64,000 bases of DNA from Myxococcota bacterium (GTDB lineage: Bacteria > Myxococcota_A > Polyangia > Nannocystales > Nannocystaceae), in contig JBCCHT010000015.1 in the NCBI GenBank assembly GCA_039028615.1, forward strand, positions 128,001 to 192,000, in the 5' to 3' direction. Below the pieces are notes generated by a model, which worked only from the letters and a program-made list of their open reading frames with translations, did not search any database and had not been told where the DNA came from. This document shows positions 55,458 to 64,000 of the stretch, one piece after another (position 1 is the stretch's first letter; every line of letters starts with the position of its first letter). The position numbers were made by a program, and so were the translations under genes.

Positions 55458-56675
55458 GTGAATCGTAGATTCGTGGTGTGGATGGCGGCCGGGCTGGCTT
55501 CGCTCGGTGTCGGATGCGATGGCTGTGGGGGGTCCGGTGGGCTCGGTACCTTCACGGGGGGAGGCAGCGGAGGCGACTTCGACTCCGACCGTCGGCCCTA
55601 TCGCGACGAGTGGCGCCTCGAGGCCGAGATCGACTTCCCGACCGAGGAGATCGTCGAACTCGTGGTCGGAGGCACCCGCTTCAACGACAACTTCGGCAAC
55701 AACGGCGACATCATCGTCCGCTTCGACGGGCCGCCCGATCTCATGACGGTGGAGCTTCGTCGCTTCACCACGACCACGTCCCAGGCCCTGGCCGAGCTCG
55801 ACTACGCCGATTTGCACCTGTGGGCGTACTCGGGGGCCCTGGCGCATCCCGAGTCCAAGACGGCCGAGGAAGACTGCGTGCTCCAGGGGTGGAGCTCGAG
55901 CTGTGCGCTGCGGGTGCACTACGACGGGCTGTCTCAGCTGGTGCGCTCGGGCGCCGACATTCGCGTCACGCTGCCGCCTGATTTCCGCAATCGCTTGTCG
56001 TTGACCACCGAGGACAACACCGCGGGCACCGGCTACCACAACCGCGGCGATGTCTGCATCGAGGGGCTCAACGCCAGCGCCGACATCGAGCTCGGCAGTG
56101 GGCGCGTGTTCGTGGCCATGGATCCGGCGATCACTCCGGCACCGCGATGCACCGCCGAGCAGGTCGCGGCGTGCGAGAACTGGACGACGACCAACGAGCA
56201 GGGCCAGACGGTGCCCGCACCGTGGGACCTGCAGTGCGACTGCCTCGTTCAGCTCGACGGAGCGTTCGGCAACTTGACCGTGGACGGGCGGGATGCCAAC
56301 TCCACCGAGATCACCATCGACATGCCCGCGGATCTATGGAGCTCCATCCGGGTCGGCAACGATGGTCAGGGGCAGTCTCGTGACGGGGTGCACTGCGATG
56401 CCGCCGTCGAGGTGCCCGGGTGGGAGGAGGCCGACATCGGCAACGAATTCCCCTGGGAAGCGCGCGGCTTCACCAACTATCCGGGCGAGCCCGCGACCAC
56501 GGGCGCTGGCTACTCGGTGCTCGCGACCTCGGCCGCCTGCGGCCCGGTGAGCCACACCAACAGTCCCGAGGAGTTCGTGGGCGAGGACGGTGAGCAGGAG
56601 GTCTTCGATCGCGGCAACATCCAGATCTGCTCCGGCTGCATCGCGCTGGGCTGCGACGACCTGCTCGACGATTGA
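55458..56675 (+). CDS. Hypothetical Cys-containing acidic lipoprotein
   Basis: Lipobox GVGC, beta-rich acidic body, coding-like GC3. Start is approximate. Confidence 0.7.
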   Translation: MNRRFVVWMAAGLASLGVGCDGCGGSGGLGTFTGGGSGGDFDSDRRPYRDEWRLEAEIDFPTEEIVELVVGGTRFNDNFGNNGDIIVRFDGPPDLMTVELRRFTTTTSQALAELDYADLHLWAYSGALAHPESKTAEEDCVLQGWSSSCALRVHYDGLSQLVRSGADIRVTLPPDFRNRLSLTTEDNTAGTGYHNRGDVCIEGLNASADIELGSGRVFVAMDPAITPAPRCTAEQVAACENWTTTNEQGQTVPAPWDLQCDCLVQLDGAFGNLTVDGRDANSTEITIDMPADLWSSIRVGNDGQGQSRDGVHCDAAVEVPGWEEADIGNEFPWEARGFTNYPGEPATTGAGYSVLATSAACGPVSHTNSPEEFVGEDGEQEVFDRGNIQICSGCIALGCDDLLDD

Positions 56676-56694
56676 AGCCGCTCCTGGTTCGGGC

Positions 56695-58203
56695 TCAGCC
56701 GGGCGGGACCGCGAAGGGCGGCCGCGACAGGCCTGCCGTGCAGGCATCGTCGAGGGCGGCGGGCTCGGGGTTCTCGAAGAACCGCCCGGTGAGCGAGGAC
56801 TCGCACTCACGGGCATTCGAAGTGCCGTGACCCACGTTGGGCAGCGCCACCACCCGCGAGTTGGACAGGGTCGAGGCGGCGCTACGAGCCGTGGCCGGAG
56901 GCGTGACCGGGTCGAGCTCGCCGGCCATCAGCAGCACGGGCACGTCGCTGGTCACGGGTTCGAGGTACTCCGTGGGCAACGCGGCGCGGGGCCAGGGCTC
57001 GCACGCGTGACGCAGGCCGTCGAGTGGGGCCGTGCCCATGAACGTTCCCCGGGCCGCGTCGTCGGTGGCCGTGGTCAGCAGCGGAATGTCTTCGGAACAG
57101 GCGACCGACAAGAACATGCCCAGGTGGATCTGGCTGATGATGGCGACCGTGAGCGGCACCATGAGTGAGAGCATGGGCTCGTAGTTGCCCGCATCGGCGG
57201 CGGTCAACATCGCGGGGAGCCCGGCCGACCACGACGCGTCGTAGAGCGTCAGGCGCAGGCCATCGGCGAACATCTCCCGGGTGAGGGTGATGGTGGCCGG
57301 CTGCTTGGTGCGTGGATCGGTGACGGTGACCTCGGCGGGCGCCTTGGCGAGCCGGTCGAGGATGCGATCGAGGGTGGCGGCACCGTCGGGTAGAACGCGG
57401 GCGCACCCCGCATCGGCGGCACAGTCGGCGATGAGCCGCTCGAAGGCCGCTTGGCCAACGGGGGCGAAGGTGGCGGGGAAGGGCTGTCCGGGAGGGGCGA
57501 CGCCCCACAGCACCGCGCTGCGCACGTGCTCGCCGTGCTGCCGGATGTAAGCGAGGCCCGCCCGGGTCCCGTACGAACCGCCCCACAGGTTGATGGTGTC
57601 GTAGCCCAGGGCGGCTCGCACATCGTCGAGGTCGTCCATGGCGGTGGGGGTGGCGTACTGGGTGAGGTCGGCGGGCAGCTCGTCGCGACACTGTCTCAGG
57701 AACGCGTGGTTGTCGGGGTGCCAGGGGCCGCGCAGCATGGCGTCGAGGGACTCGGGGACGCACTGCAGGCCGTTGGACGCGCCCGTGCCCCGCTGGTCGA
57801 CGAACACCAGCGGGCGGGTCTCGTTGGCCCGAGCCAGGGAGGCACCCGCGATGGGCAGGGCTTGGGTCGCCGCTTGGCCGGGGCCGCCCGCGAGCACGAA
57901 GACCGGGTCGGGCTGCGCCTCGTCGGCGTTCTTGGGCGGGAGCACGACGAAGGCGAGGTCGATGGTGCGGCCGGAGGCGGTCGCCCGGTTCTCGAAGACC
58001 TTCACCGAGCCGCAGCGCGCCCGCGCGGACAGGCCCCGCGGGCAGTTGGCCTCGGTTACCACCGGACTCGGAGTGGTGGCAGTCTCGGGGGGCTGCGAGC
58101 CCTCGGTGGGGACCGTGACGGCGGTGTCTGGGCGGCACCCCGCCGTCCCGAGGGCGAGGAACAGGCCGTAGTGGGCCAGTCGAGGGCGCGCAGACATTCG
58201 CAT
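56695..58203 (-). CDS. Alpha/beta hydrolase, TAP-like peptidase lipoprotein
   Basis: LAGGPG, DQRGTG, nucleophile WGGSYGT, GELDPVTP, VGHG. Confidence 0.9.
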   Translation of the reverse strand: MRMSARPRLAHYGLFLALGTAGCRPDTAVTVPTEGSQPPETATTPSPVVTEANCPRGLSARARCGSVKVFENRATASGRTIDLAFVVLPPKNADEAQPDPVFVLAGGPGQAATQALPIAGASLARANETRPLVFVDQRGTGASNGLQCVPESLDAMLRGPWHPDNHAFLRQCRDELPADLTQYATPTAMDDLDDVRAALGYDTINLWGGSYGTRAGLAYIRQHGEHVRSAVLWGVAPPGQPFPATFAPVGQAAFERLIADCAADAGCARVLPDGAATLDRILDRLAKAPAEVTVTDPRTKQPATITLTREMFADGLRLTLYDASWSAGLPAMLTAADAGNYEPMLSLMVPLTVAIISQIHLGMFLSVACSEDIPLLTTATDDAARGTFMGTAPLDGLRHACEPWPRAALPTEYLEPVTSDVPVLLMAGELDPVTPPATARSAASTLSNSRVVALPNVGHGTSNARECESSLTGRFFENPEPAALDDACTAGLSRPPFAVPPG

Positions 58204-58264
58204 GGGCCTTTCGACACCGGAGGGTACACGAAGGTTGCACCTCGGCCGGCCGCGCGAATGTGCG

Positions 58265-58930
58265 TCAGGCCGTGGGTTCGAGGGCGGCGACGAGCTCGGC
58301 CCCGTCCTCGTCCTGCTCGTCCTCGGCCTCTTGTTGGGCGCGGGCGGCCTCGAGGGCGCGGACCGCCTGGTTGTGGTCGGCGATGAGGATCGAGCCGCCG
58401 AGGACATCGGTGACCCACATCAGCGCGAGCAGCAGAAACCGCCCCGCCCCGAGGGGCACCAGCATCACCACGAGCAGGGAGAAGAAGAACAACATCCCGG
58501 CACGACGGCTTCTGCCCGCGTGCAGATGGGTGACCCCGAATAGCGGGAGAAAGGGGATGAACAAGATCAGCGGGAGGATCCCCCAGGACTTGCGCTTGGT
58601 CTGAGCCGTCGGCTCGACGCCGTCGTTGGCGGCTACGGGCTCGGCGTTTCGGTACGGCGAACCGGGGGCCGGGTCTTCGCCTTCGCGCTCGGGCTGATCG
58701 AAGGGCCCCACGATGTCTTCCACGACTTCGCGGGCGAGCGCCAGCCCGGCCCGCGGCACGAACACGCGAGGAGGGATCATGGCGCCGTGCAGCGGGCCCA
58801 ACACGCCGTACGCATGTTCGCCGTGGATCTGGCAGGGCACGCCGCGCGCCTCGAGGGTGGCGCGGACCGTCTGCAACTCCGCGATGGAGTGACACTCGAC
58901 CAACAGGACCCAGTCGCGTTCCGACGCCAT
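58265..58930 (-). CDS. DUF2007-like N-terminal domain membrane protein
   Basis: E-QTVRATLEARGVPC-I-GE...RVFVP; SPYR linker; C-terminal TM helices. Confidence 0.7.
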   Translation of the reverse strand: MASERDWVLLVECHSIAELQTVRATLEARGVPCQIHGEHAYGVLGPLHGAMIPPRVFVPRAGLALAREVVEDIVGPFDQPEREGEDPAPGSPYRNAEPVAANDGVEPTAQTKRKSWGILPLILFIPFLPLFGVTHLHAGRSRRAGMLFFFSLLVVMLVPLGAGRFLLLALMWVTDVLGGSILIADHNQAVRALEAARAQQEAEDEQDEDGAELVAALEPTA

Positions 58931-59175
58931 CGACCCGACTATAGTGATCGCCGACCGCAATCTCTGACACTCTCTCGCCGCAGCCGCCGTCGATTTCGAA
59001 CGGCAGGCCACGGGACCCGCTGGCACGGACTCGGGGAACGAACACCGTTGGTCCGCTACGCACCTCGGACTCGACGCGACGAGCCGAGCGCGCGTCGTTC
59101 CGCGGTATCGTTCGTGGCCGGGTCTGGTGAAGACCGGCCCGTCTACTGTCACAACCCGCTCCCATCGAGGACCCC

Positions 59176-60120
59176 ATGCCCGATCCGACCTCGAGTGCTC
59201 CCTCTCGAGACAAGGCCGTGTATCACGCCCACAAGCTGCGTCACGGCATCACTCACACCTTCCCCGACGGCGGCGTACCGGAGATGACCGTGCTGCTCGG
59301 ACCGCTGGCGACTCGGCCGGGGCAGGACGTCAACCTCTCGCTCGTCTATCCCGCCCTCGACGATCGACCCGCGCCCACGATCCGAGTTCGCTTCGTCACG
59401 AAGAAGCAGTTTCCCGAGATCATTCAGTGCGGACCAGATGCCCCCGCGGTCCCGGCTGGGTTTCACCAGTGGCCCACCGTGCCCGTCGAAGAGCGACAGG
59501 GCCGCGACGAGGTCGTGCTGGACGACGAAGCGCCCGGGCAGATGAAGGACAGCTGGCGCCGACGCATGCAGGTGCCGGAACAAGAGCCCATGCCCGAGGC
59601 GGTCGCGGTGGCCCAGCACGCGCTGCGCTTCGTCGCCGACGAGCGCGAAGGCGTCTACGTGATCGAGGTCGATTGCGGCGAGCAGCCCGAAGGGCCCTAC
59701 GAAGGAGCGCGGCACGTGCACTACGTCGACCACGTGTTCCTGTACAACCGGGCGCCCTCCAAGTTCCCCACGCCGGAGGTGGAGGACCTCGGCGAGCTGC
59801 TGCGCGATGCGGTCAACTTGTCGACCAAGCACGGCTACGTGTGGTTCGTGCATCCCATCTTCGTGGCCGAGCAGATGCTCAATGTCACCGTCGCGAAGGA
59901 GGTCCGCGAAGAGACCTGCTACTGCGAAGACCTGCCCGACGATCTCCCGGCATACGACGACCAGCTGCTCGGGCTCATCTACGGGCGGACGCTGGCCGGC
60001 ATGCAGCGGATCTGCCTCGACCTCGACGTCGAAGCGGACGAGTGCGTGGAGACGGACGCCATGGCGGTACAGGTCGACAACCCGGTCGAACTGACCAAGC
60101 TCTTCGAGGAGATGCGCTGA
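59176..60120 (+). CDS. Hypothetical acidic cytoplasmic protein
   Basis: GAGGA upstream of the ATG, strong GC3 bias, coupled to the next gene by TGATG. Confidence 0.75.
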   Translation: MPDPTSSAPSRDKAVYHAHKLRHGITHTFPDGGVPEMTVLLGPLATRPGQDVNLSLVYPALDDRPAPTIRVRFVTKKQFPEIIQCGPDAPAVPAGFHQWPTVPVEERQGRDEVVLDDEAPGQMKDSWRRRMQVPEQEPMPEAVAVAQHALRFVADEREGVYVIEVDCGEQPEGPYEGARHVHYVDHVFLYNRAPSKFPTPEVEDLGELLRDAVNLSTKHGYVWFVHPIFVAEQMLNVTVAKEVREETCYCEDLPDDLPAYDDQLLGLIYGRTLAGMQRICLDLDVEADECVETDAMAVQVDNPVELTKLFEEMR

Positions 60121-61565
60121 TGGCCTTCTCTCCCGGAACCTTCGACATCTTGGCCGAGGTGCATCCCGCGGCGCTCGACGTGGTGATCGACATCATCCTC
60201 GAGCAGCTGCGTGCCCAGGGCAAGACCACCTTCACCCAGACCATCGGCAGCAGCGGCACCGCAATTGGGGGCCAGGTCGACGTGGAACTCACCGACCTCA
60301 GCGTACCCGGCGTGCGCAGCCTCGATCTGGCCGATCGCTTCAAGCCGGGCAACACACTGGCGAGCTTCCGCGTCGATGCGCAGCTCCAGGTCACCGTGAC
60401 CGTCTTCGGCTTGACCAATACCCTGACCGAGAGCTTCTTCATCTCGCTGGTCGACCTGCAGTTCGGCATCTTCACCACGCCGGGCGGGCTGCCCGTGGGG
60501 GTCTCGCTCGGACTTCAGCAGATCGACATCGACGCCGGAGGGCTCCAGACGCTGCGGGCCCTCAACCCTGCGCTCGACGTGTTGGCCGACTTCATCGCGC
60601 TCGGTGTGCGGACCCTGCTGTCGCCGCTGGGGCTGGTGCCGATTCCGATCCTGCAGTTCGCGGATGCGTTCGTGCAGCTGGGGCTCTCGTTCGAGCCTCC
60701 CTCGCCGCACCTGGGCACCAACCAGGCCGGGGATGCGCTGGCCATCGCGGCGGACTTCAAGGCGGCGGGCAACAGCAGCGACATCGCCGTCGTCACCGAC
60801 ATCATCCCCGCGGGGAGCCCCTTCAACGTGGCCACCGTGCTGGCGGATCGCCCCATCAACCAGCTTCTGCCCTCGCTGCTGGCCAGCAACCAGCTGCCCC
60901 GCAGCATTCCCACCTCGGGGGCGAACTTCTCGGTGCGGTCCACCAACGTCGCGTTCCTCGATCCCGGGGCGCGGGCGAGCCGGATTCAGGTCGACGCTCA
61001 CGCCTCGGCTCGCATCAAGGTGCGCAAGGGCGGGTTCTTCGGCAGCCTCTTCGGCAAGAAGAAGAAGGTCACCATCCACGCCTACGCCCGGATGACGCTC
61101 GATGCCAGCGTGGTCGATGATCCCGCCACCCAGCTGGCGGTGGTCGATTTTGCCTTCGAGGCGACCTTGCAGGCACGGGCGACGATTCAGAGCGTCCTGG
61201 TGGGCACGCTGACCGTGCTGCTGGCGCCCTTCATCGTGCCGTTTTTCATGCTCCTCAGTCAGGTCATCAACTTCGCCGCCGACCAGCTGTTGCCGCTGAG
61301 CTTCGACTTCAAGGTCAGCGGCTCGGATCTCGAGGTGCGCTTGACCAAGCTCCAGACGAACCTGCGGCTGGCCTCGGCCGGCTTCACCGAGGCGACGGTG
61401 GCGATGCGGCTCGATGCTCGCGGTGATGGTCGATTTGCCCTCGACCACTTCACGCGCCATCAGATCCAGCAGACGGGCATCCCGCTGAAGGTCGGGTACG
61501 AGCCGACCTCGCTGGCCTCTCGGGCGGGCGAGCTGTTCTTGGGCGTGGAGCTGGCCAAGCGCTGA
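60120..61565 (+). CDS. Hypothetical protein with long beta-strands and a hydrophobic helix
   Basis: ATG at 60120 overlaps the previous stop; coding-like GC3. No family recognised. Confidence 0.75.
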   Translation: MAFSPGTFDILAEVHPAALDVVIDIILEQLRAQGKTTFTQTIGSSGTAIGGQVDVELTDLSVPGVRSLDLADRFKPGNTLASFRVDAQLQVTVTVFGLTNTLTESFFISLVDLQFGIFTTPGGLPVGVSLGLQQIDIDAGGLQTLRALNPALDVLADFIALGVRTLLSPLGLVPIPILQFADAFVQLGLSFEPPSPHLGTNQAGDALAIAADFKAAGNSSDIAVVTDIIPAGSPFNVATVLADRPINQLLPSLLASNQLPRSIPTSGANFSVRSTNVAFLDPGARASRIQVDAHASARIKVRKGGFFGSLFGKKKKVTIHAYARMTLDASVVDDPATQLAVVDFAFEATLQARATIQSVLVGTLTVLLAPFIVPFFMLLSQVINFAADQLLPLSFDFKVSGSDLEVRLTKLQTNLRLASAGFTEATVAMRLDARGDGRFALDHFTRHQIQQTGIPLKVGYEPTSLASRAGELFLGVELAKR

Positions 61566-61632
61566 GCGAGGTGGGGCGTCGGGTCGTCGCGAGGCGATGG
61601 ACCCGGCGCCGCGCATGCGCCAGACTGCCGCC

Positions 61633-62082
61633 ATGCCGTCCGCATTCGAGCCCCGCGATCCCGACTGGGAGGGCAAGGTCCGCCGCAGCTTCGAACGCCA
61701 GGGGGTGATGGGCTTGTTCGGCGCGCGCTTGGCCGCGGTTCGACCAGGCAACGTACAGATCGAGGTTCCGTTCGCGCAGAAGCTGTCGCAGCAGCACGGC
61801 TTCTTTCACGCGGGGATCACCTCGACCATCGCCGACTCCGCCTGCGGCTACTCGGCGTTCTCGTTGTTTCCGCCGGCGACCATGGTGCTGACGACGGAGT
61901 TCAAGATCAACCAGCTGGCTCCTGCCGACGGGGAGCGGCTGTTGGCGGTGGGCTCGGTGATCAAGCCGGGGCGGACGCTGACCGTGGTGGAGGCGGAGGT
62001 CTTCGTCGACAAGGGGGAGCGGCGGACGCTGTGCGCGAAGATGTTGGCCAGTGTCATCTGCCGCGAAGGGCAGGACGGGTAG
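61633..62082 (+). CDS. PaaI-family hotdog thioesterase
   Basis: QQHGFFHAG---TIADSACG, VLTTEFKIN-LAPA, KPGRTL. Confidence 0.92.
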   Translation: MPSAFEPRDPDWEGKVRRSFERQGVMGLFGARLAAVRPGNVQIEVPFAQKLSQQHGFFHAGITSTIADSACGYSAFSLFPPATMVLTTEFKINQLAPADGERLLAVGSVIKPGRTLTVVEAEVFVDKGERRTLCAKMLASVICREGQDG

Positions 62083-62095
62083 GGCAGGCGGCGGC

Positions 62096-63169
62096 TCAAA
62101 GCGACATCATGTAGTCGTACATGTCGCGGCGGCCTTCGGCCCATAGCCCGTGCCGTAGCTCGGGAATGCGGCAGTAGGCCACCTCGCCGCCGTCGACGCA
62201 TCCCGTGTATCGCAAGCAGGGCTCGGGATCGCGGGCCTCGGTTTGGTCGCTACAGCCCTGGCGTACCCGATAGCCCTCCCGCGTCGCTTCTTCGTCGGCA
62301 TGACGGGTGGTGTCGTCTTCACCCATCACGCTCAGCACCATCACCTCACCCGCGCAGGTCTGAGCGGCGGCTCCGTTGTACGGATCGCAAAGCCCGGTGC
62401 CGTACGAGAAGCAGCGGCCTCCGTTGGGCACGATGGCTCGAATGCGGTCACCCCGGACGCAGCCGAGGTGAAACGCCATCTGCCCGCCGTTGCTGTTGCC
62501 GATGACGAAGACCCGGTTGAGGTCGATGCAGTAGTCCGCCGCGATCCGGTCGAGCACCTGGTCGAACACCGTGACGCTGTCGTCGAAGCTGAAGGGCACG
62601 AAGTGATTCTCGGGCCAGTTGGGATGCCCCCAGCCCTGGGGCGCGACGTTGATCGAGACTCCGCCGTCGTCTTCGCTGAACACGTCGAGCCGAAACTGGT
62701 TGGTGTTCGCCGTACCGCCGACCCCGTGGTAGCTGAAGATCAACGCATGCGGATGCTCGGTATCGTAGGGCTCGGGCACGAACATGTCGTAGGAACGCTC
62801 GACGCCGCCGACGGTGGTCGTCTCTCCCGCAATCGCCCCGGTGGCGGGGGCTCGCAGACCACAGCCCGCACTCGGCCGGACGGGCGGCGGACCTCCGCCT
62901 CCGGTCGAACCCGTCTCGTCCTCGGAATCTCCGCTCGTGCTCGTCGTGGAAGGACTGTCGTCGTCGGAGCCGGTCTCGGTTTCGTCGGCCGAGCCCGTCG
63001 TCGTGGGCATCGGGGCCTCGGCCGTCGAGGCATCGCCGTCGTTCGGCGATGCCAGGCCCGTGCTCGTGCCGCTGCCTCGGCCGGGGTCGAGCGACCCGTC
63101 GTCTCCACACCCCAAGGGCAGGCACAGCACCCCCGCCGCGACCCCACGCGTCCAACGATCCAACCGCAT
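62096..63169 (-). CDS. Esterase / PHB-depolymerase-like lipoprotein
   Basis: Lipobox PLGC, PSAGCG, LIFSYHG, YCIDLNRVFVIGNSNGG, H-LW. Confidence 0.8.
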   Translation of the reverse strand: MRLDRWTRGVAAGVLCLPLGCGDDGSLDPGRGSGTSTGLASPNDGDASTAEAPMPTTTGSADETETGSDDDSPSTTSTSGDSEDETGSTGGGGPPPVRPSAGCGLRAPATGAIAGETTTVGGVERSYDMFVPEPYDTEHPHALIFSYHGVGGTANTNQFRLDVFSEDDGGVSINVAPQGWGHPNWPENHFVPFSFDDSVTVFDQVLDRIAADYCIDLNRVFVIGNSNGGQMAFHLGCVRGDRIRAIVPNGGRCFSYGTGLCDPYNGAAAQTCAGEVMVLSVMGEDDTTRHADEEATREGYRVRQGCSDQTEARDPEPCLRYTGCVDGGEVAYCRIPELRHGLWAEGRRDMYDYMMSL

Positions 63170-63295
63170 CGACCCCAAGCCTGACACGGGAATTCGGCTC
63201 GCGCCGGTCTCACCGCGCGGTGTTTTTGCGAGGAGTTTTGCTCGCTGATCGCGGCGTAGTGGTCCTGGGTGGCGATACAGACGATGACCGCCCGA

Positions 63296-64000
63296 TCACC
63301 ACGAGCACGCTTGCGCCTGTCCCATCGCGCACAGGTCTGCCATCGCGTCGCGGATCTGCTGCAGGCGTGGATGTTCGTCGCCCAGGCTCGCTCGAAACGC
63401 GACCGCGGCCTCGTTCATTCGGGTGAACGCGGGCTCGTAGTGTCCCTGCGCCAACAATGCCCGACCGATGTCGAAGGTCGTCTGGGCGGTCTCGTGATGC
63501 TGCGGCCCGAGCAGGGCTCGCTGCACCCGGGCCGCCTGCTCGAAGTGGCGTAGTGCGGTCGTGGGCTCTCCGCGTTGCAGCTGCGCCCGACCGATGTCGT
63601 CGAGGATTCGCGCCGCCACGCGATGGTGTCCGCCCACGCTCTTGTCGAGGATGTCGTAGCCCGATTGGAAGTAGCGCAGCGCCTCGTCCAGCTCGCCGCG
63701 GGCCAAGTGTACGCGGCCGATGCTGCTGTGACTGCGCGCGACGTCGGGGTGCCCCGGCCCGAGGCTCTCGCTGCGCACCCGGAGCGCCCGGCGGTGCCAT
63801 CGCGTCGCGTCATCGACTTCCTGCCGCCACAGCGCGAGGTTCCCCAGGTTCGCGTAGCTATGCGCGGCCTCGGGGTGGTCGTCGCTCAAGACCTTCTGCC
63901 GCAGCCCCAGCGCGCGGTGGTGCCACAGCTCGGATGACTCATAGTCGCCGTCGACCTCGTGCACGAGCGCCACGTTGTTGGCCCACTGCGCGGCATCGAG
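63296..64000 (-). CDS. TPR-repeat protein, C-terminal part (5' partial)
   Basis: Repeated ~42-aa units (LG--HP--A-S--N/S-G); frame open to the window edge. Confidence 0.85.
   Translation of the reverse strand, partial: LDAAQWANNVALVHEVDGDYESSELWHHRALGLRQKVLSDDHPEAAHSYANLGNLALWRQEVDDATRWHRRALRVRSESLGPGHPDVARSHSSIGRVHLARGELDEALRYFQSGYDILDKSVGGHHRVAARILDDIGRAQLQRGEPTTALRHFEQAARVQRALLGPQHHETAQTTFDIGRALLAQGHYEPAFTRMNEAAVAFRASLGDEHPRLQQIRDAMADLCAMGQAQACSW

Noticed and set aside
59127..60119. N-terminal part of the 812-aa ORF
   Set aside because: Shadow frame of the 59176-60120 gene; the real start is 60120.
1..64000. CRISPR arrays, tRNA/rRNA genes, IS elements, reverse transcriptase
   Set aside because: No regularly spaced repeats, RNA gene signatures, transposase motifs or RT motifs seen by eye.
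1..64000. Many long antisense and alternative-frame ORFs (e.g. 6933-8966, 33891-36524, 39403-41832)
   Set aside because: Expected from stop-codon scarcity at high GC. They overlap well-supported genes and contain no recognisable motifs.

Overview
High-GC bacterial DNA, most likely from a myxobacterium (inferred from many Cys-rich lipoproteins with Ser/Thr/Gly/Asp linkers, FGE, vWA and TPR proteins). The main feature is a ~31.5 kb, + strand extracellular contractile injection system (eCIS) locus at 16495-47970. It encodes one sheath, one tube, a chaperone, a disordered tape-measure candidate, Pvc16, an AAA+ ATPase, a tube initiator, LysM, hub, spike, gp25, two baseplate-J proteins, a gpI-like wedge and a DUF6519 fibre protein. 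Unusual points: (i) the fibre carries LamG and Kelch domains plus a C-terminal GH75 chitosanase-like domain with apparently lost catalytic acids; (ii) one baseplate protein has two beta-propeller insertions; (iii) there is no PAAR gene, but the spike has a long acidic hexad beta-helix; (iv) a glycosyltransferase-methyltransferase and a DUF1906 lipoprotein are translationally coupled to the operon; (v) a DUF4157 protein with an ART-like tip is followed by a YbjN partner. To the left is a beta-glucan-themed module (GH16, ECF sigma/FecR, thaumatin-like, di-haem oxidoreductase). To the right are accessory genes, including a TetR gene that appears to start at ATC and a 33-bp palindromic operator. 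All family calls come from motif recognition by eye; no database search was run.
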